NCBI GenBank assembly: GCA_951406725.2
Contig: OX597820.1
Coordinates: 11,594,001 to 11,658,000 of the forward strand
Direction: 5' to 3'
Length of the DNA: 64,000 nt
Origin: Octopus vulgaris
Lineage: Eukaryota
Shown: piece after piece, positions 1 through 12,543 of the stretch
How the letters are laid out: the number at the start of each line of letters is the position of its first letter
How positions within the stretch are numbered: position 1 is the stretch's first letter
The notes under the pieces: model-generated
Databases searched by the model: none
The model's input: the letters and a program-made list of their open reading frames with translations, nothing else
What the model was told of the DNA's origin: nothing
Made by a program: the position numbers and the translations under genes

Positions 1-359
1 ATACTGAGTAAATATGTTAAAGCTTAATTAAATAGCCTGTGAACACTTCCTCTTACCCTGAGATCCTTGGGCACTCATACACACGCTTACATGCATAAAT
101 TTCTCCTTTTCTCATGATATCTTCTATCTTACAACCTCTTCGTATTTCTTGGTGTCTTCTCCGTCTTTTCTCCTCCATTCTCGTTCATCCTTTTTTTCCC
201 ATCGCAGCTTCTTTTTCTAAAGGGAAGAAAGGGAGAAGAGAAAGAGAGATAGAGAGACTGGGATAAATGGAGAATTGACAGAACAAAGCTATTCAACTTG
301 TAGAGTTAAAGTTCGCCGGCAACGAGGGATGAGCATTTTTTCGAGCTTATATGTATTTA

Positions 360-585
360 ATTGCCCACAAGGGGCTAAACATAGAGGAGACAAACAAGGA
401 CAGACAAAGGGGTTGAGTCGATTATATCGACCCCAGTGCAAAACTGGTATTTTATTTATCGACCCCGAAAGGATGAAAGGCAAAGTCGACCTCGGCGGAA
501 TTTGAACTCAGAACGTAAACGACAGACGAAATACCGCTAAGCATTTCGCCCGGCGCGCTAACGTGTCTGCCAGCTCGCCGCCTTC
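360..585 (-). mobile_element. SINE family B (tRNA-like head, Meta-domain-like core), single unit
   Basis: Minus strand reads GGCGGCGAGCTGGCAG...GAGTTCAAATTCC (B box)...GCCTTTCATCCTTTCGGGGTCGATAAA...CCCCTTGTGGG; many near-identical copies elsewhere in the window. Confidence 0.85.
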
Positions 586-889
586 TTATATGATTTCGAG
601 CTTATATGATTTCATCAGCAGCATTTTAAGGATTAGAGGAGCTTGACAAATCCTGTGAACATTCTGATGTGAGTGTTAAGGAAATTGAGCCAAGGGATGT
701 AACTCAGAAAGGCCTGCGGCATGTACGAAGAGATGGTGTAAAGTTCCTGGTTTTAAGGATATCGCGAAAGGCCTGTTTAGGGGCCCAACCTTCTGAGTTT
801 TTTAATGGGCTTCGAAAAACTGGAGAACCACTGCAGTAAGTGTGTGAATCATAATTAACAGATTCTCCTGTATTTTCTTTTACCAAAGA

Positions 890-1330
890 GGCGTAGGAGT
901 GGCTGTGTGGTAAGTAGCTTACTTACCAACCACATGGTTCCGGGTTCAGTCCCACTGCGTGGCACCTTGGGCAAGTGTTTTCTACTACAGCCTCGGGCCG
1001 ACCAAAGCCTTGTGAGTGGATTTGGTAGAAGAAAACTGAAAGAAGCCCGTCGTATATATGTATGTATGGATTTATATATATATATGTATGTATTTATATG
1101 TGTGTGTGTGTGTGTGTGTGTCTGTGTGTGTATGTTTGTCTGTGTTTGTCCCCCAACATCGCTTGACAACCGATGCTGGTGTGTTTACGTCCCCGTAACT
1201 TAGCGGTTCGGCAAAAGAAACTGGTAGAATAAGTACTAGGCTTACAAAGAATAAGTCCTGGGGTCGATTTGCTCGACTAAAGGCGGTGCTCCAGCATGGC
1301 CACAGTCAAATGACTGAAACAAGTAAAAGG
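890..1330 (+). mobile_element. SINE family A (tRNA-derived head, CORE-like CCTTGGGCAAGT, internal TA/TG microsatellite), full length
   Basis: A box TGGCTGTGTGG, B box GGTTCAGTCCC, about 20 related copies in the window, ends GAAACAAGTAAAAG. Confidence 0.9.
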
Positions 1331-1382
<52 letters not shown>

Positions 1383-1839
1383 CTCTTTGCTAGAATTAAA
1401 AACTGAATCTTTTTCATAAGTGCAACTTATTCAGCATTATCGGTTACCATACAAAAATATGACGGGTCAAATAAAAATATGTGAAATATGTATGAGGAAT
1501 GAATGCCATGTAATATAGAAAACCGGATAAAAGCTGGGAATAGAGTTAATTTATCACAGCAAAGGGGAGTGCCCGTTTCCTACTGTTACGGAATGCAGGA
1601 TTGTACAACAAAACAGGCGGCGACAAACACCAACCGCAAAAAATAAACACACATCTAGGTTTTTAACGTCATTTAGGTCTAACCTTTGTCGTATCTTTTA
1701 TCCCATGCGTGTTTCAGTAACTGGATTCCGGTCATACTGGAGCACAGACCTAAAGGGTTTTGATCGAGAAGATCGTCGCCACTTCTTGTTTTTCTTCTTT
1801 TATTTTATTTTTTCTTTTATATATTCCGTACGGTACTTA

Positions 1840-2425
1840 TTCTTTTCTACTCAAGGCAAACGGTTCGAAATTTTCGGGGAGGGGGCCAGTTGATTAGATC
1901 GACTTCAGTACACAACTGGTACTTAATTTATCGACTCCGAAAGGACGAAAGGCAAAGTTAACATCGGCGGAATTTTAACACAGAACGTAAAGACAGATGA
2001 AATACCTATTTCTTTACTACCCACAAGGTGCTAAACACAGAGAGGATAAACAAGGACAGACAAACGGATTAAGTCGATTATATCGACCCCAGAGCGTAAC
2101 TGGTACTTATTTAATCGACCCCGAAAGGATGAAAAGCAAAGTCGACCTCGGCGGAATTTGAACTCAGAACATAACAGCAGACGAAATACCTATTTCTATT
2201 TCTTTACTACCCACAAGGGGCTAAACACAGAGGGGACAAACAAGGACAAACAAAGGGAGTAAGTCGATACATCGACCCCAGTGCGTAACTGGTACTTAAT
2301 TTATCGACCCCGAAAGGATGAAAGGCAAAGTCGACCTCGGCGGAATTTGAACGTAACAGGCAGACGAAATACCGCCAGGCGTTTCGCCCGGCGTGCTAAC
2401 GTTTCTGCCAGCTCACTCCGCCTTA
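1840..2425 (-). mobile_element. SINE family B tandem array (head plus about 3 units of about 185 bp)
   Basis: Junction GAAATACCTATTTC recurs at about 1999 and 2184; head at about 2370-2423. Confidence 0.85.
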
Positions 2426-2689
2426 CAGATAAGCAATATCGATGTATTTGTAATGTACTTCAGACGATGAGTCACTTCACATGTCACCAAAGTCCCAAGG
2501 TTAGGCGGGGTTTTCAAGGTTCTACATAACCATTCTCGCACTTGAATATAGAAACAAATCGATAATCGATTTCAATCTGCCACGCCATTTGAGTGATACT
2601 CTGATTTATTGGCATCAGACAGATTTACGGCGCGCGTAATTTGCATAAATGACAGGTAAATAACAGAGAAATATATATGGTCTGTGACA

Positions 2690-3010
2690 GTGCGTGGGTT
2701 AGTGCTTAGGGTGGTGTACCTATGATCGTAAGATCGTGGCTTCGATCCCGGCACTGGGTGATGCGTTATGGTTTTGAGCAAAACATTTCATTCCATGTTG
2801 CACCAATTCACTCAGCAGAAAACGAGTTTCTGCAGTATCTTGGAGAGTTAAATATGCAATGGACTAGCGACCTATCCAGTGGTGAGACTTGTAATCTCGG
2901 TCGCGTATCTCGGTGTCACGGTATTGACCAAACTATGGGATGTTGTTATACATCGCTGGTCACAATGCACTTCGTATTGTTTTAGCATTCGAATGACGTC
3001 ACCGCCTTGA
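2690..3010 (+). mobile_element. Diverged tRNA-headed CORE-like SINE followed by a minus-strand tail fragment of SINE family C
   Basis: B-box-like GCTTCGATCCC, TTGAGCAAAACA core; 2925-3010 matches the tail at 25130-25220. Confidence 0.55.
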
Positions 3011-3723
3011 AGGGTGTCAGTCGAACAAATCAGCCGCAGGACTTATTCTTTGTACGCCTAGTACTTATTCTATCGGTTCTTTTTGCCGAACCGCTAAGTT
3101 ACGGGAACATAAGCACACCAGCATCGGTGGTCAAGCGAAGCGGAGGGGACAAACGCAGGCACCCACAGACACACACGGGTTAGTGTGGACTAACGACTAG
3201 CGAGAAAGAGGGCGAGAAAGACAGAATGATTATGAGAAGCACATACATTAGAGAGTAAAATAAATAAAACTCGAACACGTAGACGCAGTAAAGGGTATAA
3301 GCACGAATACAGTAATGATGATGGAGTCTTCCGTCGAAGACGACGAGTGAAAGTTCAGTTTTTGTCGAATGACCTGTCCGAATGATTTGGGATCTATTCC
3401 ATCTCAATCACAGATTTTATAATTATTTTTTTTTTTTCAACTAAACAGTTTGAATACTTCGAATACTGGTGGAATTTCTCACGTAGGGCACGGTTTACTC
3501 TCTTTTACTCTTTTACTTGTTTCAGTCATTTGACTGCGACCATGCTGGAGCACCACCACCTTTAGTCGAGCTAATCGACCCCAGGACTTATTCTTTCTAA
3601 GCCTAGTACTTATTCTATCGGTCTCTTTTAGCCGAACCGCTAGGTTACGGGGACGCAAACACACCACCATCGGTTGGCAAGCGATGTTGGGGGACAATCA
3701 CAGATGCACAAACATACACACAT

Positions 3724-3758
<35 letters not shown>

Positions 3759-3764
3759 ATTTAA

Positions 3765-4322
3765 TAAATAAAATACATGCATATATGTACGTACCTACAT
3801 CTACATGTATATATACATGCATATATAAATATATATACGTGAGTACAGGACACCACAAATAGACTCAACGAGAAACGAAAACGTAAAAACAAACATGGAA
3901 ACGAACCTTTTTTTAAAAAACGAAAAAACAGAGTACAAGACAAACAACACAAGGAAAATTCCCCTTCATCAGCTGTCCCTAGTACGACTCCATGCGTGTT
4001 TCGAAGGTGAGGACAGAACACGACTCGTCGAACTAACCCTTCCTGCGAAAGAATTAAATAAAATTTCTTTGCAGAGGGGTAAAAACAAGGAAAGAAAAAA
4101 ATGTGACAAAAACAGGACGTAAAAACAATACAAATAAAATTACAGAATAAAATACAAAATAAAAATACAATTACAAAAAAATACAGTACAAGAAATTTTC
4201 CTTGTGTTGTTTGTCTTGTACTCTGTTTTTTCGTTTTTAAAAAAAAGGTCCGTTTCCATGTTTATTTTTACGTTTTCGTTTCTCGTTGAGTTCTACGTCT
4301 ATTTGTGGTGTCCTGTACTCAC

Positions 4323-4381
<59 letters not shown>

Positions 4382-4455
4382 TGTATATATACATGTAGAT
4401 CTAGGTACGTACATATATGTATGTATGTATGCATATATTTTATTTATTAAATTAT
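3765..4455 (-). mobile_element. Penelope-like non-autonomous element (family X) with inverted partial copy
   Basis: 3765-3960 and 4192-4450 are inverted copies; a non-inverted copy of the same element lies at 46945-47435; carries a hammerhead-like motif. Confidence 0.7.
3961..4079 (-). ncRNA. Candidate rearranged (non-circularly permuted) hammerhead ribozyme, family X copy 1
   Basis: Minus: CCCCT-[hairpin]-GAAGG-TAGTTCGAC..CGTG-TT-CTGTCC..CCTTC-GAAA-CACG..GTCGTACTA-g-GGACAG-CTGATGA-AGGGG; core nucleotides canonical. Confidence 0.75.
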
Positions 4456-4504
4456 TGTATGACTGAGCGCCCTCGCGTCGTTTCGTTTCGTTTCCTCCAA
4501 GTAA

Positions 4505-4567
<63 letters not shown>

Positions 4568-4747
4568 GAAGGGCTTCTTTCAGTTTCCGTCTACCAAATC
4601 CACTCACAAGGCTTTGGTCGGCCCGAGGCTATAGTAGAAGACACTTGCCCAAGGTGCCACGCAGTAGGACTGAACCCGGAACCATGTGGTTGGTAAGCAA
4701 GCTACTTACCACACAGCCACTCCTACGCCTATATATATATATATATA

Positions 4748-4798
<51 letters not shown>

Positions 4799-4874
4799 GT
4801 ATGTATGTATATATATATATAGAAATGCACTTAGAGATACAAATATATACGCTTACACAGATTCAAGTACATAC

Positions 4875-4935
<61 letters not shown>

Positions 4936-5278
4936 GTCCTTGTTACACATACTTATCACGCCATCTTTTCTCTATGTAATCCGTATGTAACGGAATATAT
5001 TTTAATTGGATTTTGTTCGCTTCTGGCTTTTTTTCTTTCTTTCTTTTTCTTTTCTTCCTTTTCTTGTCAAAGAGAAATTGATTGCATGATTGAATACTTT
5101 GATTATTATATTAAATCGTTCATTGAAATTATTCATGTCATATATTTTATGACCCCACTACAATCCCCAACTAACATTTCAGTGGTTTAGCTTCTTCTTT
5201 TTTTTCATATATGGAAGCAATTTCAGTGAAGACAGAAGTGCAAAAGAAAGTGAAAATAAATACAAACAATACAAACAA

Positions 5279-5690
5279 GGCGTAGGAGTGGCTGTGTGGT
5301 AAGTAGCTTGCTAACCATCCACATGGTTCCGGGTTCAGTCCCACTGCGTGGCATCTTGGGCAAGTGTCTTCTGCTATAGCCCCGGGCCGACCAATGCCTT
5401 GTGAGTGGATTTGGTAGACGGAAACTGAAAGAAGCCTGTCGTATATGTATATATATATATGTATGTGTGTGTGTTTGTTTGTGTGTCTGTGTTTGTCCCC
5501 CTAGCATTGCTTGACAACCGATGCTGGTGTTTTTACGTCCCCGTCACTTAGCGGTTCGGCAAAAGAGACCGATAGAATAAGTACTGGGCTTACAAAGAAT
5601 AAGTCCTGGGGTCGATTTGCTCGATTAAAGGCGGTGCTCCAGCATGGCTGCAGTCAAATGACTGAAACAAGTAAAAGAGTAAAAGAGTAA
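5279..5690 (+). mobile_element. SINE family A, full length
   Basis: Colinear with 890-1330. Confidence 0.9.
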
Positions 5691-6150
5691 TAAGTTATGT
5701 TTTTCTTTTTGAAATGAATAAACTGGCCAAGGTCAAAAGAACAGCGACACGTCAGTCAGTTGCAGACAGAGGAGAAGATTAGAGAGGGGAGAAAGAGGAG
5801 AGATTACGACGAGATGAAGAGATTAAGATGGAAGAATGGTTGGGGAAGAACAAAAGGAAAGGGGGAGAGAGAGGGAGAAGGTGAGATGGGGGCAGAGGAA
5901 TTGACTGACAGATGACGGCTCGACAGACTGAATGGTGGATGGAGAGATTGAGACAGCCAGTAAGACAGATAGATAGATAGATAGATATCGATTTGTAGGT
6001 ATGGAGATAGTTATGAAGATAGGTAGGTTGATAGATGGACAGACGAACGGATAAAGGATAGATAGATAGACAGATAGATAGATAGATAGCCAGACAGACA
6101 GACATACAGACATACAGGCAGGCAGGCAGGCAGGCAGGCAGGTAGGTAGG

Positions 6151-6490
<340 letters not shown>

Positions 6491-7179
6491 ATAGATTGAT
6501 TGATTGATAGACAGATATTGATGAGCAGGTATGGAGATAAGTATGAAGGTAGGTAAGTTGAAAGTCTGACAGAAGATAGATAGATAGATAGATAGACAGA
6601 AGGACAGACAGGCGGATAAAAGATAAATAAAATAGAGAGAATGGGTGGGAGAGAGAGAGAACAAGAGAATATTGGTTTCAAATTTTGGCACAAGGCCAGC
6701 AATTTGAGGGGAGGAGATAAGTCGATTACAGTGTTCAACTGGTACTTATTTTATTGACTCCAAAAGGATGAAAGACAAAGTTAACCTTGGCGAAATTTGA
6801 GCTCGTAACATACGGACGGATGAAGTACCACTTAGCATTTTGTCCGGTGTGCTAACGATTCTGCCGCTCGCCCCCTTAAGACCAAAGAATATTAAAATTT
6901 ATAGAATGGTTGTAAAAATTTTGGAAAGAAAAATGTAAAAAAATTAAATCTAAACTGTATCCAATGGTATTCATTTCTAGCAAAAGCTTAAGTACACGTT
7001 TTTAGTGAGAGAGAACCGTTCAGCGTAATGGTTCCCGTACTCCACATGTACGTTTTTCTTATCGATCGCGGAAGAAAGAATGGCAAAGTTAACCTCAGAG
7101 GTATTTGAACTTGTAACGTTGCAAGTATGTCAGCGAAAACGTAACTCTGGTAGAATATTTATGGTAATTTGTATATTGG

Positions 7180-7485
7180 TGGAGGCTCAATGACCCAGTG
7201 GTTAGGGCGGCGGACTCGCGGTCGGAGGATCGCGGTTTCGATTCCCAGACCGGGCGTTGTGTGTGTTTATTGAGCGAAAACACCTAAAAGCTCCACGAGG
7301 CTCCGGCAGAGGGTGGTGGCGACCCCTATTGTATTCTTTCTCCACAACTTTCTTTCACTCTCTCTTCTTGTTTCTTGAGTAACGCTGCGATGGACTGGCG
7401 TCCCGTCCAGCTGGGGAGAACAAATACGCCACAGAAACCGGGAAACCGGGGCCATGAGCCTGGCTAGGCTTGAAAAGGGCGGCAA
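7180..7485 (+). mobile_element. SINE family C, tRNA-like head with V-domain-like 3' part
   Basis: CCCAGTGGTTAGGG...GGTTTCGATTCCC head; GCGATGGACTGGCGTCCCGTCCAG motif; short A tail. Confidence 0.8.
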
Positions 7486-7569
7486 AAAAATGTGTATATT
7501 GTGCTTCTTAAAGCATCGTGTCTTCAAACAATTTGGCGCCTCTGCTGATCAGGATTGATCTCGTGATTC

Positions 7570-7905
7570 AGCATGGCAAAGTAAAAGACCACCTGCGGTC
7601 ATGAATGACCTTGAGAGGGCACCTAAAAAGTTCGCCACCAAGGTACAAGTCCGGACAAATTTATTTATGGAAGACCAGCAGTCGTCCATGCATACCAGCC
7701 TCACCTCTCCTCGCCACCAATGTTATCCAAGGAAAAGGCAAAGGCTGATGCAGCTTGGCACCAGTGACAATGCAACTCATTTCTACAGATGAGTGAACGT
7801 GAAATAATGTGTCTTGCACAAGAACACTACACACAGCCCGGTCCAGGAATCGAACTTACTACCTCATGATTGAGAGCCCGACCTTCTAACCACTGAGCCA
7901 AGCGT
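7570..7905 (-). mobile_element. tRNA-headed CORE-like SINE (family D)
   Basis: Minus strand TGGCTCAGTGGTTAGA...AGTTCGATTCC; CTTGTGCAAGACAC core. Confidence 0.65.
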
Positions 7906-8385
7906 AGTAATCCAGATAAAGACACACAGGTATAACAAGGTGATTTGTTGGCCATACGTAAACGTTTCCTCTCTCTACGCTTCCAGTATTGTCTGAGGGT
8001 AAGCCTGCTGTCTTAGAACCAATGTAGCAGGACACCAGCATCACTGTAGGCATTGCTGTCAGAACGTTAAGGGCTGGAATCTCGATTTGCTTTCTGGCCT
8101 CTCATCCAATGATCTAACAATTCCTCTCAATCTGGCGCCCTGGACTGGAGTGGATTGAGAGATTATCAATCCTGAAACTTCTACAATAGCCCTGGACCGA
8201 CCAATGCCTTGAAAGGGAATTTAGCAGATAAAAACTGTGCGGAAGCTCGTCGTGTACATATGCGTTTGTATTTGTGCGTGTTTGTGTTTGCCCAAACCAA
8301 CTACTTGGCAACCGGTGTTGGTTTGTTGACTTCCCTGGAACTTATCTATGTGGCAAAAGAAACCATTAGAATAAGTACTAGACTT

Positions 8386-8456
<71 letters not shown>

Positions 8457-9119
8457 TATATATTGATTTGATTTGCACGTCTTAAACCCATCGAGTGCCC
8501 CAGCCTGGCCACCGAAAGGAACAAGGAAAAATTAAAGAATAAAAGAGCAAATTTCCAGTGTCTCATTGAAAGAAGAGATCGTGGATGTAGCCAACATTTA
8601 AGAGTTGCATTTTGGCAAATTGGTTCTGTCCAGCTTGTAAGGTTTTTTTTTAGTGACTCATTTCTTGAACATGGTTTCGTATCGGAATGTTATCAGCTGT
8701 TTGAGTGTGGGTATGTTATTATACGTTGTTGCTGCTGCTGCTGCTGTTGTTGTTGTTGTTGTTGTTGTTAAGCAACCAGGCGGGTAAGGGTGATTAGGGG
8801 ATGGTCTAGTGCTTAGGGGCGGGAGACCCCAGGCCTTGGAAAAAAAAAAACTTTGATCGTCTTGTTGTAGTCGAGGGCTCTTCGTTGACGCCCGACACCA
8901 CGGGGAGGTGGTCCGCGAAGTCGCAGGAAATGGAGTTCTCCAGGTCCAAATTCCTGAACGGCTGCAGCTACTGCTGCTGTTTTGTGGCTGTTCTCCTTGT
9001 TATTGATGATGATGATGATAATGATGAGCGGGAGGAGGAGGAGATGATGACGAAGGAGGAGGTGGGAGAGGACGAGAGAAAATGAGGGAGGCAGAAGACG
9101 AGGGAGGAATATGATTTTG

Positions 9120-9540
9120 AGGATGATGATGTGGTGGTGGTGGTGGTGGCGGCGGCGGTGACGGCGGTGGTGGTGGTGGCGGTGGCGGCGGCGGCGGCGG
9201 TGGCGGAGGCGGTGGAGGCGGTGGCGGTGGCGGCGGTGGCGGTGGTGGCGGTGGTGGCGGTGGTAGTGGCGGCGGTGGTGGTGGTGGTGGTGGTGGTGGT
9301 GATGGTGGTGGTGGTGGTGGTGGTGGTGGTGGTTTTGGTGATGGTGGTGGTGGTGGTGGTGGTGGTGGTGGTTGTTTTGGTGATGGTGGTGGTGGCGGTG
9401 GTGGTGGTGGTGGTGGTTTTGGTGATGGTGGTGGTGGCGGTGGTGGTGGTGGTGGTGGTTTTGGTGATGGTGGTGGTGGTGGTGGTGGTGGTGGTGGTGG
9501 TGGTGGCGGTGATGGTGGTTGTGGCGGTGGCGGTGGTGGG
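9120..9540. repeat. (GGT/GGC)n trinucleotide microsatellite
   Basis: Direct reading; explains the poly-Val ORF. Confidence 0.95.
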
Positions 9541-10349
9541 GATTGCTCTTTTGTGCTGGTTTATGATGAATACAAAAGATTAAAGAGCGTCCAGTTTATC
9601 TGCGGTTAATATTCATTATTTCCTTGTTTAGCTGAATTGTTGAATTATGAACACAGTGGGAACACAAGGAAGTGAAAAAAGGGTGTCGGTAGGCGACATA
9701 GGGTGGGATTGGGGTGGCGACGACAGGAGTGACAAAGCGAAGAAAGGGTGAATGAAGAGGAACAGTGGAGGGATTAAAAAGACGCTCACGACGAAGTGTT
9801 AAACAGCAGCAAGGGATTAAGATATGCGATAAGGATACATAAGCACACACACACACACACACTCTATGTAAAGGTACGCATAGGGATACAAACATGCAGG
9901 AAAGGGTGGGGGAATAAATTTGATAGGGGAAGAAAGTTCGCTTAGTAGGGGTCAAGAGAGAAATATGTGGCTGAGGGAGGGAGCGGGTACACACATACAG
10001 ACACACACTCATACATACATGGATAGGTAAGTACGAAAGCTCGTGAATGTGAGACAGGGGAAGGAAACGGGGTCATAGCTAGACAAGGGGAAGATGAAAG
10101 GGCTACAAAGAAGGCAAAGCGTTCGTTGACGCCTACTTGAGAAGCCGAGACTGACCTAAGATAAGTGATTCCTTATGTTAAGGGGTTTAATAGGATCAAG
10201 GGGGCGCAGTAACTAAGAAAATCGAAAGGAGATCGGTTGGGTGGTTATTTAAATTGTAATGTTAGACCGAGTGTTCAAGAGTCATTGAGTATTATTGGGT
10301 AGAAGGAGGTGCTTGTGTTCTCAGCCAGGGTCCGTATAGCTCATGAGGG

Positions 10350-10413
10350 TTCGTATAAGATTTTTGGAAGTCCACGAAAAAAAAAATAGTAAATTGGGGA
10401 TCTACGGTAGCAG

Positions 10414-10446
<33 letters not shown>

Positions 10447-10531
10447 TTCATACTCCTCCCTCCTCCTCCGCCTCCCTCATTTTCCCTCGTCCTCTCCCAC
10501 GTTCTCTTTCGTCATCATCTCCTCCTCCTGC

Positions 10532-10567
<36 letters not shown>

Positions 10568-10608
10568 ACAGGGAGAACAGCCACAAAGTTGTCCTTGAAA
10601 AATTTTGC

Positions 10609-10639
<31 letters not shown>

Positions 10640-11300
10640 ACAGGGAGAAAAGCCACAAAGTTGTCCTTGAAAAAATTTTGCTTAAGACGTATGTATTGGT
10701 ATGTATTGCAAGAAAACAGCTAAGCTAGGTTCCTTTCTCGAACATTTCACATTGTTCAACCTACACAAGTTAATGTGAAACAAAATAGGAATTTTGGATG
10801 TTTCTCAGAGTGGCTGTGTGGTAAGTAGCTTGCTTACCAACCACGTGGTTCTGGGTTCATTCGCACTGCGTGGCACCTAGGGCAAGTGTCTTCTACTATA
10901 GCCTCGGACCAACCAAAGCCTTATGAGCGGATTTGGTAGACGAAAACTGAAAGAAGCCCATCGTATATATATGTGTGAGTGTGTGTATGTGAGTGTGTGA
11001 GTGTGTGTGTGTGCGTGCGTGTGTGTGCGTGTGTGTGTGTGTGTTTGTTTGTCACCACCATCGCTTGACAACCGATGCTGGTGTGTTTACGTCCTTGTAA
11101 CTTAACGGTTCGGCAAAAGAGACCGATAGAATAAATCATGGGGTGGATTTGTTCGACTAAAGGCGGTGCTCCAGCATGGCCGCAGTCAAATGACTAAAAC
11201 AAAGAAAAGAATAGCTTTTAAACATTGAATATCTATAGGAATCCACAAGAGTAAAACAGTAATGAAAGGGGTCTGTAGATATAAGATGGTTGAGAACCCT
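10350..11300 (+). mobile_element. Interrupted hAT-like non-autonomous DNA element, related to 62820-63100
   Basis: Segments 10355-10410, 10690-10770 and 11255-11300 match 62822-63098 in order; end motif GGTTGAGAACCC; interrupted by a microsatellite block and a SINE A. Confidence 0.5.
10807..11212 (+). mobile_element. SINE family A
   Basis: Colinear with 890-1330. Confidence 0.9.
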
Positions 11301-11718
11301 TTATTTAAACGGTGTCCCCTACTTTATCTGAACGTAATTCACTATAAAGATCGCTGTCAAAGGAGTAGGAAAAAGGGATCGGTGGAGTATCTGAATTGAG
11401 ATATCTAGAAGGTTCATCTTGTCTCTTCAGCCCTCCAAACTGAAGAAGGGTTATTACTCGAAACATCAAAATTCTAATATACAAACATATGCTTTAGCTT
11501 TTGCTTGTTTCATTCATTAATCTGCGGCCATGCTGGGGCACTGTCTTGAAGAATTTTTTTTTATCGAACGAATTTGACCCCTGTACTTACTACTTATTTT
11601 AACCCTGGCACTTGTTCTATCGGTCTCTTTGACCAAACCGCTATGTTACGGGGAACCAAACACACCAATACTGATTGTCAAGCGGTGGGGAACAAATACA
11701 CACACACACACACACAAA

Positions 11719-11758
<40 letters not shown>

Positions 11759-11784
11759 CACGCTCATACATAAAAATCTTGTCA

Positions 11785-12010
11785 GCTGACACTATGCATG
11801 TGATGTGAATAAAAAGACCAAGAGAGTCTACAGAACAGCAATATCTTCCAGAAATGTTGCATTAGAGTCATACTAAGAATGTCTTGAAGTGACTACATCA
11901 TGAATGAAGAAATTGTGGAAAGGACCAGGATGAGTAAACTACAGGATCCCATCGCCGTAAGACAACGGAAGTTGCTTAGCCACGTACTAGGCATGTCTAC
12001 GAGAGACCAA
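11785..12010 (+). pseudogene. RTE-clade LINE ORF fragment (post-RT region)
   Basis: Hand translation IFQKCCIRVILRMS*SDYIMNEEIVERTRM...VRQRKLLSHVLGM fits the RTE pattern CLRxILxIxWxDxxxNEEV...RxRWxGHVxRM. Confidence 0.7.
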
Positions 12011-12543
12011 TGAAAGCCAGAAACGGGCGCAGAATCCTTTGAAATCTGAGGATTTGTGGAGGAATATCTGATAGCCATGGGGATTTTCTGAGTGCAAATT
12101 CAAGTCAGGGTTTCTGATAGTATTGGGTAGAGATCTTTTGTTGCCTCTGCTCCATTAGATGCTGAGGGATTTAGCTAAGCAGCTAACTTCTAATAATGGC
12201 TTCAGATTTTGGCACTAAGCCAGTAATTCTAAAAGGAAGGGATTAGTCGATTACATTGACCCCAGTGCGAAACTGTAATCTATTTTATTGGCCCCGAAAA
12301 GATGACGGCAAAGTCAACCTCAGCGGAATTTGAACTCAGCAAGTAAAACACGTTTCTAATAAAAACTGACGAGATCCAGACAGACTCTCGTCTCCTTCAT
12401 CCAGCCAACCATATTCATTTTATAGCTACGTGTGGTTAGGGTTATCCTTTTGGATTCGATAAGTCAATAGCCTGTACTCCTATCTATCGGAGGCGATATA
12501 AAGGAGCAGTCCTTTGTATATAAGCACGTAGTTGACTGGCTAC

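Larger units (their letters stand above)
3495..4729 (-). mobile_element. SINE family A split in two (3495-3730 and 4565-4729) by an insertion in its internal microsatellite
   Basis: Tail half and head half are colinear with intact copies; 3765-4500 is foreign sequence. Confidence 0.85.

Noticed and set aside
855-1203. Recurrent peptide [28 protein letters not shown] in many ORFs
   Set aside because: It is the antisense translation of SINE family A, not a gene family
4417-5190. Longest ORF (257 aa) and the many YIYI, THTH, SIYL, poly-V and poly-L ORFs
   Set aside because: These are stop-free frames through microsatellites and SINE A, with no domain content
9600-10340. Possible decayed Penelope ORF and tail on the minus strand
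   Set aside because: Only vague motif echoes; could not be supported by hand translation
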